64,000 nt of DNA, from contig OY969724.1 of NCBI GenBank assembly GCA_963702205.1, positions 1,760,001-1,824,000 of the forward strand. The letters run 5' to 3'. Made by a program: the position numbers and the translations under genes. Positions 9,813-18,150 of this stretch are shown here, one piece after another. Positions within the stretch are counted from its first letter, which is position 1. The number at the start of each line of letters is the position of its first letter. The notes beneath the pieces were generated by a model. It was not told the origin of the DNA and searched no databases. It worked only from the letters and a program-made list of their open reading frames with translations. The stretch is from an uncultured candidate division Zixibacteria bacterium. GTDB lineage: Bacteria > Zixibacteria > MSB-5A5 > GN15 > PGXB01.

Positions 9813-9841
9813 TTGACAAGGCAATTTGAGGGAATTAAATT
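9813..9841 (+). promoter_or_regulatory. Candidate sigma70 promoter internal to the T6SS locus, upstream of tssK
   Basis: TTGACA (9813-9818), 17-nt spacer, TAAATT (9836-9841), within an AT-rich 94-nt gap. Confidence 0.55.
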
Positions 9842-9866
9842 CGATACCAAACACTGAGGCAACATA

Positions 9867-11316
9867 ATGAGTGACTTGCGGTTATATTCGGTGAACTGGC
9901 TCGACGGGATGCTGATCTCGCAAAAGCATCTTAAAGACCAGGAAGCCTATTTTGAAGAGCTCGTGCAATGGCACGCGCAGAGCATCTCCGACTGCTATGG
10001 TCTGGTGAAAAAGACCCATTCCGGTAAACCATCACTATCGTTGAATCTGTCGGTCAGCGGAAAACGACTCCGGGTTGAAGTGGTCCGCTGTCAGGCCATC
10101 ACGCCCGACGGTACCTATATAGAAATAAATGAATCCAACCAGGGGATGGCTGTCGCCGAAAGCACGTTTGCCGAGCCGTTCGTTCCTATTTATCTCGGTA
10201 TCGATAATTCCTCCAAAAAGCAGGTGGGCGACCCCGATCCCGGCGAAGACCTCCCGCGCAATCCATATCTTTTGAATAACTATGTAATTGGCATCGGCGA
10301 ACAGCCGAATTTGCCGGAGGGCCAGTTCATCCAGATCGCCGGAGTAGTCATTGAAGAAGGCAACGTCCGCTATGCCGAAAATTATTTCCCGCCGTGCGTG
10401 AGTATCGCCGCCGATGATCGTCTCGCACAGAAAGCAGCCGACTTCAAAAACAATCTCGAACATCTGCTGTCGCTGTCATCGCGGGCCTATAAAGCCGTGA
10501 CCGCGGGCGGCGCACTGTCAGGAGAGAAAACGGCACTGCAGGAGGCGTTCCGGGATACGGTATATCAGTTTGCGATCCGTCTGTCGTCGTCAATGGACGA
10601 CCTCGTCATCGGGCGCAACGCCCTGCACCCCCTTAATTTTATCATCGAATACAAAAAGATATTTCGTGTCATCACGACCATATTGAATTTGAAGCCGGGG
10701 CTTAAGGATTTTCTCAACGAAAAATTCTTCACTCGTCAAACCGAATCGAACGTCGATCGTTTCATCCAGAGCGTGGAAAGTTTTCTCGTTTCCGAATACG
10801 ATCATAAAAATATTGGCACCCACCTGGTCGCGATCGACGCCATACTGGGCACCCTGCGCGGATTGATGGGCTTTTTCGCCGAAAGCAAGACCGAAGACCT
10901 CGGCGAATACGCTACCCCGGAAGACAGCCTGACCTATCAGGGCCGGACCTACAAGATATTCACGCACAGCAGTAATCGTGTTGAGATGGTCGGTGAATTG
11001 TGCTATCTTATTATTGAAATGTCGGAGCCGCGTCCGGTGGCCGATACAGTCGGTACTGATTGCCAAGGATCGTTTTCAGGAAAATCAATGGCGCAATATG
11101 CAGGTTCGGCTGGGCATCAATGACTCCCGCGGTCTGGGCGAAACCGACCCGATCGAAGCCGACACGAAGACATTTAATAATAAAGTGGCACTGAGGCCGC
11201 AGGACATGCTGAGATCGTCCTCGGTCCGTAAGATAACTTTAATATTCCGGGGAGCCGGAGGCTCGAGCGCCTTCGAAAGCCTCGGCAAAATGGACTTAAT
11301 GATCTATTCCGTCTAA
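9867..11316 (+). pseudogene. tssK: T6SS baseplate-membrane adaptor TssK, interrupted by a +1 frameshift near 11045-11049
   Basis: VNWLDGMLISQKHL, YGL, CQAITPDG, VGDPD and YFPPC are TssK motifs. The frame of ORF 10978-11316 continues after ...RPVAD. Joined product is 482 aa. Confidence 0.75.
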
Positions 11317-11338
11317 CGGGTGAAAGCAGCAGCACGAT

Positions 11339-12256
11339 ATGGAAACATATATCAAAGACCTATTTCGTTACATAGAGACTTACGAACAAAAATACGCTGA
11401 ATTCGACAGCGAGGCTTTTTTCCAGACGTATAACGGAATTTATGCCGTCTTTCATGCACTGCGGGAACAACGCGACCAGGCCGTTCAGGTCGATAATTAT
11501 TTTCTGAAGAAAATTAAGTCGGTGCCGATCAATTCTTCCGATCTGCGCCAGATTACGCTCCAGATACTGATTACATTCTTCGAGTCAGAGGCGGATACCG
11601 ACGGTCAGACCGACCAGTCGTATCATTATATACGGAGCCTGCGTTCGACGGGTCAGGACGTGCCGTTTTTCACCGATCAACTGGTCCCGATGATGTTCCG
11701 CGAAGGCGCTTTGAACCAGAACCTCGAACTGAACGGGTTTTTCCTCAATGAAATAGCCCGGTATCTGAATAAATTCGGACGCAATATTAATGCGAATATT
11801 TCACCCGAAGACTTCGACGGCCTTTCCGACCCACATAAATTTCTGGAATTGATACGTCGCCGCATAATAATGGGAAATGATCTGCTCAAGGATCACGGTT
11901 CGCTGGAATTTCACTTGCAGCGTATCAATGCGTTCGAGAAAATCAGCCGATCCGGCAAGCTGGCCGAATATTATCTTACCCATTGGGGCTATTTGCAGAG
12001 GTCATCATTCTGGTCCAGGGTTTTGGGTTTCTTCAAGGAAGCGCGTGGAAAGTTTGTTGGCGTGTTCTCCAACTGGCGCTATTTCCGGTTGGTCATGACC
12101 CAGCGCAAACCGGCTTATTTCCTGTATGCGCTGCTGATTTTGTTCTTCATATGGCTGGCCGTTTATGTGCCAATTGCATGGAATAATTACAACGACCAGA
12201 GGTATGAGCAATTTCAAAAACGGGCCGAAAACATCCGCAATACGGGCGGCAATTAA
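11339..12256 (+). CDS. Hypothetical inner-membrane protein with a helical cytoplasmic domain and one C-terminal TM helix (TssL-like topology)
   Basis: No signal peptide, one hydrophobic segment (AYFLYALLILFFIWLAVYVPIAW) near the C-terminus, located between tssK and the GTPase gene. Confidence 0.6.
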   Translation: METYIKDLFRYIETYEQKYAEFDSEAFFQTYNGIYAVFHALREQRDQAVQVDNYFLKKIKSVPINSSDLRQITLQILITFFESEADTDGQTDQSYHYIRSLRSTGQDVPFFTDQLVPMMFREGALNQNLELNGFFLNEIARYLNKFGRNINANISPEDFDGLSDPHKFLELIRRRIIMGNDLLKDHGSLEFHLQRINAFEKISRSGKLAEYYLTHWGYLQRSSFWSRVLGFFKEARGKFVGVFSNWRYFRLVMTQRKPAYFLYALLILFFIWLAVYVPIAWNNYNDQRYEQFQKRAENIRNTGGN

Positions 12257-12282
12257 ATGACGAAAGGCAGGCTTTAGAATAA

Positions 12283-14505
12283 GTGGGTTTCGCCAAGATT
12301 TTCAAAATATTTAAAAAGGGCGCCAAGGTAGCCTCCAAGCGCAAGGGTAAAGGCGGCGCCGCCGGACCGGCCAAATGGCCGAGCGGAACCAGAATCGGTA
12401 TTTACGGTCATCACAATTCCGGTAAGTCGGTTTATTTTACGGTCCTCAACGAAGATAGCAAAGTCTCCAGGGACCTTCAGATATCCGTAACCGATAACGC
12501 CACCTCGGCGGAATTCCTGGCCAATCGCCGCAACATCTGGGGATTGGGGACGTCCAATACCGAGGGTACGGTTGTCGATCAGCGCGGGGAACAGCTATTC
12601 CCCGAGCCGACCGAAGAAGACCGTATACTGCAGTTCAATGCCATTATCGACCGAAATAAAACACTTTCGATCGTAACCTATGATTATCCCGGTAAGGCGG
12701 TATCGATTTCCGAAACCAGCCCCGTTCACGATAAGGTGGCTGACTTCATGGTCGGATGCGACGGCCTCCTGTTTTTCTTCGATCCCAAAACGCTGGCTTC
12801 GGAATTGCAGTGCCAGTCGCACGTCGCGTCATTTGTCAATATGCTGGAAATGATCGCCCCGCTGGAGGGTCGTCTGCCGATACCGGTCGGTTTAGTTATA
12901 ACCAAGTCCGATATCCTCGATGGTTTTGCTGGCGAGGAAAAGGTTGTTCTGGTCAGCAATGAAAACGAGAGTTATTTTTCCGAAGATTTTGAGATATTTC
13001 TTGAAAAGGTTTTGACAAGCAATAACATTGCCGCCGATTCGGTATGGGCCGGCTCGGTTCGCAAGATTCTGGTTAAGCTCCGTGAATTCTTAAGAGTGGT
13101 GGTTGGCCGGACGCTTAATTTCCAGATATTTTTCACCAGCAATACCGGTGATTCACCGGAAAAAATCGGCTCCGACGTGGGCCGGTCGATATATCTGCCG
13201 CCCAAGCGAATTCGCCCGGTTGGCGTAAGAGCCCCGTTCTATTGGCTGTTGAGTGCAGTACTGCTGAATCGCCGTATAACGAGATTGCGTTCAATCTCGA
13301 AATACGTGGCCCTGATCAGTATTATTTGGGCTTTATTTTATTCGATTCCGTTTATGATGCATTTCTGGTATATCCTGCCGAAGGCGACCGGTGTCGAGGA
13401 CGCCGTACTGTCGCAGCATCAGGGCAGCATATATACCTTGGACAAGACCAAACTCAATGAGATAGACAAGGCCTATCGAAATTATCGCAATTCCAAACTG
13501 GTCAGACTGCTGTTCCGTGATTATCCGCTCGTGGCCAACAGCATAATCACAAAGTACCAAACCGCCAATGAAAGCAACGCCTTGAAAGAACTCGAATCCA
13601 CCATTACCCGCTTCGCGAATATGGTATCGGTCAGGTCCGGCTGGCCCAACGCCAAAGTCGGCGATACGGTCCTGATAGATAACGATGAAAAACGACAATT
13701 CATGGAATTCGGAACCGTCTTCGATGCTTTCGTACAATCAGCCGACAAAACCAGTGACCTGTTCCTGCGCAGCGAACGAATCCAGTGGTACTACAATAAA
13801 TTCCGCGACGTGCTGTTCGATCCTGACAATCCTGATTTGTGGGCGTTAATTAAAGACCGGATAAAACAGGATACGGAAAGCCGCACCATAAAATTAAGCG
13901 AAGCCGAGCGCCAGCTCCAGGCCGCCTTGTCCAAACAGGAAGTGGTCAAGAAAAATGTCGAAGTTTCGCGCGAGGCTGCCAATGAGCTGGATCAACTGGC
14001 CGGACAAATAAATGATAATACTGATCCGGAATATCGCTTAAAGGACGCGGTCACCAAACTGCGACGTCTAAAGGATAAACTGCTCGGCAATCCCGACAAG
14101 AAGGCCGACGTCCAGCGGATCGACAATTATCTCGATCAGGTTAACTGGTTCGCCAAAACCCGCTCGTATAAGGTCAACATTGTCAGCGTCCCGCCCGATC
14201 ATCACCTGCATATTACTGTGAAAAAGCCCGGACAGGAGCCGCAGTGGAAGGTCGGAAGTCAGTTATATCAAGGCGAGAGCTTTACTATCGACTGGAAAAT
14301 GGGGGATGATATCCTGATCGCGCTTGATGCCAAACATCTGGCCAGCGGCGATGAAACCTGGGGAAAACATCCCAAAGAACTAATTAAACTTGACAAAACC
14401 AGCGCTATTTTCGATCTAAAGGGGACAGTTACATTCAATTCGGGGTTGAAAGCGACTTTCGATCTGGATGTGGATTTGGCCAAGCACTTACCGGTGCTGC
14501 AATAG
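12283..14505 (+). CDS. TRAFAC-class GTPase domain + TM + periplasmic domain protein (TssM/IcmF-like architecture)
   Basis: G1 GHHNSGKS, G3 DYPG, G4 TKSD within PVGLVITKSDILDGF, TM YVALISIIWALFYSIPFMMHFWYIL, then long helical and C-terminal beta-rich regions. GTG start. Confidence 0.65.
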   Translation: MGFAKIFKIFKKGAKVASKRKGKGGAAGPAKWPSGTRIGIYGHHNSGKSVYFTVLNEDSKVSRDLQISVTDNATSAEFLANRRNIWGLGTSNTEGTVVDQRGEQLFPEPTEEDRILQFNAIIDRNKTLSIVTYDYPGKAVSISETSPVHDKVADFMVGCDGLLFFFDPKTLASELQCQSHVASFVNMLEMIAPLEGRLPIPVGLVITKSDILDGFAGEEKVVLVSNENESYFSEDFEIFLEKVLTSNNIAADSVWAGSVRKILVKLREFLRVVVGRTLNFQIFFTSNTGDSPEKIGSDVGRSIYLPPKRIRPVGVRAPFYWLLSAVLLNRRITRLRSISKYVALISIIWALFYSIPFMMHFWYILPKATGVEDAVLSQHQGSIYTLDKTKLNEIDKAYRNYRNSKLVRLLFRDYPLVANSIITKYQTANESNALKELESTITRFANMVSVRSGWPNAKVGDTVLIDNDEKRQFMEFGTVFDAFVQSADKTSDLFLRSERIQWYYNKFRDVLFDPDNPDLWALIKDRIKQDTESRTIKLSEAERQLQAALSKQEVVKKNVEVSREAANELDQLAGQINDNTDPEYRLKDAVTKLRRLKDKLLGNPDKKADVQRIDNYLDQVNWFAKTRSYKVNIVSVPPDHHLHITVKKPGQEPQWKVGSQLYQGESFTIDWKMGDDILIALDAKHLASGDETWGKHPKELIKLDKTSAIFDLKGTVTFNSGLKATFDLDVDLAKHLPVLQ

Positions 14506-14529
14506 GATAAATATTTAAAGGAGTAAAGT

Positions 14530-15051
14530 ATGAAAACCGCCACAAAGTTATCGATTTTAGACATTTTCGCTATATTCGTGTCCCTGATAGCGACAACATC
14601 GGTTTTTGCAGCCGTCCAGCTGCCCGCCGGTGCGAAGGTCAAGGTGGAATTCGTTCAGGACGTTTCATCGAAATATGTCAAACCGGGCGATCTGGTTCCG
14701 ATCAAGCTGGTCGACAATATCGATGTCGGCGGCATAACTCTGGTGAAGACCGGAGCGGCCGGGTCCGCAAGGGTCGTTTCTGTTAAAAAGGCCGGAAAAC
14801 CCGGCAAGCCCGGTTCGGTGGAACTGCAACTTGTCGAGCTTTCTCCCGAAGGATCATATAAGTCACTGGACGGCTCCAGGATTCAGCTTGAAGCTGCCGA
14901 TGGCCCGATAATTGCCAATGGAAAAAGCAAGAAGACCATGTCATGGCTGCTCATATTCGGGCTTTTTATAAAGGGAACTGAAGGTGTTATCCCGGCCGGG
15001 CATATGGTAGATGCGACTGTCAAAAACGACGTCATGATTTCTGTCGAATAA
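14530..15051 (+). CDS. Secreted protein with a VirB10/TrbI-like beta domain
   Basis: Signal peptide ending VFA, then LPAGAKVKVEFVQDVSSK..KPGD..., and a hydrophobic insert MSWLLIFGLFIKG followed by IPAG. Confidence 0.55.
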   Translation: MKTATKLSILDIFAIFVSLIATTSVFAAVQLPAGAKVKVEFVQDVSSKYVKPGDLVPIKLVDNIDVGGITLVKTGAAGSARVVSVKKAGKPGKPGSVELQLVELSPEGSYKSLDGSRIQLEAADGPIIANGKSKKTMSWLLIFGLFIKGTEGVIPAGHMVDATVKNDVMISVE

Positions 15052-15071
15052 GACGTTTCTTACAAAATTTC

Positions 15072-15102
15072 AGGCCGATCTTATCCGGATCGGCCTTTTT
15101 TA
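15072..15102 (+). terminator. Rho-independent terminator closing the T6SS cluster
   Basis: AGGCCGATC-ttatccg-GATCGGCCT followed by a T tract. Confidence 0.8.
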
Positions 15103-15216
15103 TTGGAATTAATTGTTTTTGTTGATCCGGACCGGACCTGTCACAATATTGGACACTGCAAAAGGATGAAAATTTAGGGGAATATTGCCTATTAGATTTT
15201 TAGATAAGGATTTTTC

Positions 15217-16632
15217 TTGAAATATTTTACTTTCTCCAACAGCCGCTGGAGTATAATTGTCATTGCCGCTTGCACGGTGTTTATATGCTGTACGGCATAC
15301 GGACAATCGCAGCGTATGATGCATAGCCCGCAGAAAGCGGCCAAGCCGGTTTTTCGCAATCTGCCGGAACGGGTGGTTCTGACCGAAGGTGAGTCTTTCT
15401 TCCGGGAAATATCGGCACGGTACCGATTTCCTGATTCCCTGAGCCTTTCACTGGTGGACGGTTACGATATCGAAGATGCCTTAATCGACCTGGGCAAAGG
15501 GAAGGCATTTTTCTCTCTGACGGCCGATTATAATCTTGTCGACAGCACCATCTTCTATATTTTTTCCGTAAAGTACGGTCGCCACAGTGTTCTCGACACC
15601 ATGGTCGTCTCCGTCATAAATCGTCCGCTTGAAATCGTTTCAGTGATGCCCGACGTCTCATCGGAAATTCTCGTCGATGAAAAACCGATGCGCATAGAAT
15701 TCAATGAACCGCTCGACCGTATGTCCGTCGATAAAAGCGTATTAATAAATGATACCCGGGGCGAAGAATTCAGCTACTATTACGATTCCGAAGCAAATGC
15801 CCTGATTATAGATGCCGCTGATCGCCTGTTGCCCACTCAGGACACTATAACGATAACTTTATCGTCGGAATTACTGGACTTAGCGGGGCATCCGCTGATA
15901 AAATCTCAAAAACTGACTTTCATGACGGGGCCCGTCGTTTATCCCGGCGATGCCAATAATGACGGGATCGTGGATGAAAACGACGTTGTCTCGCTGGTGC
16001 GTTATTGGAACTGTAGCGGTCAGCAGCGGACATTTCCGCAGCCTTTGGTCTGGGCGGCTCAGCCGGCCCGAAGCTGGGACGACCCCAAAGCCGGGTATGC
16101 CGATGTCAACGGTGATGGTCAGGTCAACGGTGATGATGTCTGCGGCATCGTGGCTAATTGGGGCAGGATGTCCGGTAATGTAAACTTCAATTCGCTTTAT
16201 TCTTTGGAATCGCCGGATAAAATACTGGCGCAAACGGACCAGACGGTCCTGAGGGATATTTATACTTCGGTCATAAACTGCCCCGACGGCGGCGGTGAAT
16301 ATATCGTCGGTATTCTGAAATCGCTGCTGTTCGATAATCGGGATAACTTCCCCGATGAATACATGCTTTATCAGAACTATCCCAACCCCTTTAACCCGGA
16401 AACCATAATCGAATATTTCCTGCCCGAAGCATCGCAGTTAAATATTGCGGTCTACAATATAATCGGACAGAAGGTGTACGATCTGTATGATGGCTTTGCG
16501 CCGGAAGGTTTCGGGAGTGTTACCTGGCATGGCATAGACAATATTGGAAAGCCGGTGGCCAGCGGGATATATTTTTATCGTCTCGAAGCCGAGAATGCGG
16601 CCATTACCAAGAGAATGATCCTGATTCGATAG
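15217..16632 (+). CDS. Secreted protein: Ig-like (Big_5/SbsA-like) domain + dockerin-like repeats + T9SS type A / FlgD-Ig C-terminal domain
   Basis: Signal peptide, IEFNEPLD...DLAGHPL, duplicated Ca-binding loops GDANNDGIVDENDV and ADVNGDGQVNGDDV, C-terminal LYQNYPNPFNP...ASGIYFYRL. Start codon uncertain (TTG). Confidence 0.75.
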   Translation: MKYFTFSNSRWSIIVIAACTVFICCTAYGQSQRMMHSPQKAAKPVFRNLPERVVLTEGESFFREISARYRFPDSLSLSLVDGYDIEDALIDLGKGKAFFSLTADYNLVDSTIFYIFSVKYGRHSVLDTMVVSVINRPLEIVSVMPDVSSEILVDEKPMRIEFNEPLDRMSVDKSVLINDTRGEEFSYYYDSEANALIIDAADRLLPTQDTITITLSSELLDLAGHPLIKSQKLTFMTGPVVYPGDANNDGIVDENDVVSLVRYWNCSGQQRTFPQPLVWAAQPARSWDDPKAGYADVNGDGQVNGDDVCGIVANWGRMSGNVNFNSLYSLESPDKILAQTDQTVLRDIYTSVINCPDGGGEYIVGILKSLLFDNRDNFPDEYMLYQNYPNPFNPETIIEYFLPEASQLNIAVYNIIGQKVYDLYDGFAPEGFGSVTWHGIDNIGKPVASGIYFYRLEAENAAITKRMILIR

Positions 16633-16645
16633 CGCATTTTGCTGC

Positions 16646-16679
16646 AAAAAAAACGCCCGGCCGAAACCGGGCGTTTTTT
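16646..16679. terminator. Bidirectional intrinsic terminator between convergent genes
   Basis: A8-CGCCCGG-ccgaaa-CCGGGCG-T6. Confidence 0.85.
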
Positions 16680-16694
16680 ATTCATTTGGCATTA

Positions 16695-18137
16695 CTATTT
16701 ACAGCCCCAGAAGACCGTCACGCCGCGTCCTTCCAATACATCGACTTCGGCGCTCGGATCAAAATCGGGACAACCGAGATCGAGCGTATCGTTGGTTGCA
16801 AATTCGAGGTTGTCAACCAATGGCTGAAGTGAAGTTATCGCAGTATTACTGAGATTGACAAAGGACAGGTTGGGCATATATTGCAGCGTTCCGATATCCG
16901 AAAGACTGGTGTTGCCGGATAAATCCAGGTATTGCAATGTCATTATATCCCGTAGCGGGACAATATCGGTTATGTCATTATAACCGAGGTTCAGGTACTC
17001 CAGCTTCGGACATCCGACCACGCCGCTGATATCGCTCAGGCAGACGTCGCCGTTGCAATTCGCAATTGAAAATATCTTTAAGTTCGGGAGCTGATTTAAT
17101 CCCGTAAGATCCGTTATGCTGTGATAATCCCAGGTCATATTCTCAATACCGAAGACATCAGACAGATGAATATTTCCGGCCTGGGCGCCGCTATATTCAA
17201 CAACGGCTGATTCCAAATCGGGATCAGGGAAACTCAGCAAGGGATCATCCCCGAAATCGGGAATAATATGCGCCCGCGCGTTGTCCCAATAAATGCTGTC
17301 AATGGGTATGCTGTTGCCATCGGTTCCGACCACGCCGCCTTCATTATCCAAAATAATAAGGTCAGTGAAAAAATCGGTCGATGGTCCGTTTGAATATGCT
17401 CCTGTGAAATAAATTACAGCCAGCTCGGCGTAACCCTGGGCGTCCGTAATTGAGGCGTTGGAATTTCCCGACGCGACATAAATGTTATAATAAGCGTCGT
17501 CCACGTTGCTGACATCAAACACCAAATCAGGAACCCGGCTGGCCAATCCACTGCCAATATTGGCGCTGTCGCCGTCGAGATCAGCCGAGACGAAATCGAG
17601 GTACAGGCTGGCGCTTTTTACATTGGGCAGGTTATAAGCCTCGACCGCGACCGGAAACGACGCCAGTGGGTTCTGTGTCTGAGCGCGCGGAGCCAGACGA
17701 ATCATCGGAATAACCGGTTTCAACACGATAGACAGATTGATCGGTGTTCCGGGATAAACGTCGGTCCGCTGCTCGCCTTTGTAAACCAGAAGCGGCGTTG
17801 GGCCGCCGATTTTATTATCGAAAGCCTCGATAGTAAACAGGCGATTGCGTCCAACGGGGATTTCCAAAGTACTGTCTGTTCTATCGTCTGATTGTGGATA
17901 ATATAGGTATCCATCAATGTTTAGAAACAACTGCACGGTAATTGGTTTAAAATCAGCGCCACTGATAGTTAAAATGAATTGATCGATGGCCTGGAAACCG
18001 GTGCTCATGCCGACCTGGATGCGTAAATTGGAATCCACGGTGGCATCATCGTTTACGATCTTCTTCGAGCAGGAAAACAGCAGCAACGCCATTACTGCGG
18101 CCGTCAAAAGAAGACCATATGTTTTATGTGTTTTCAT
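16695..18137 (-). CDS. Lipoprotein with a cohesin-like beta domain and internalin-type leucine-rich repeats
   Basis: Lipobox LLFSC, FPDPDLESAV cap, repeats such as LEYLNLGYNDITDIVPL and LQYLDLSGNTSLSDIGTL. Cohesin-like stretch RLAP...FPVAVEAYNLPNVKSASLYLDF (tentative). Confidence 0.65.
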   Translation of the reverse strand: MKTHKTYGLLLTAAVMALLLFSCSKKIVNDDATVDSNLRIQVGMSTGFQAIDQFILTISGADFKPITVQLFLNIDGYLYYPQSDDRTDSTLEIPVGRNRLFTIEAFDNKIGGPTPLLVYKGEQRTDVYPGTPINLSIVLKPVIPMIRLAPRAQTQNPLASFPVAVEAYNLPNVKSASLYLDFVSADLDGDSANIGSGLASRVPDLVFDVSNVDDAYYNIYVASGNSNASITDAQGYAELAVIYFTGAYSNGPSTDFFTDLIILDNEGGVVGTDGNSIPIDSIYWDNARAHIIPDFGDDPLLSFPDPDLESAVVEYSGAQAGNIHLSDVFGIENMTWDYHSITDLTGLNQLPNLKIFSIANCNGDVCLSDISGVVGCPKLEYLNLGYNDITDIVPLRDIMTLQYLDLSGNTSLSDIGTLQYMPNLSFVNLSNTAITSLQPLVDNLEFATNDTLDLGCPDFDPSAEVDVLEGRGVTVFWGCK

Positions 18138-18150
18138 ATTATCTCCTTTC

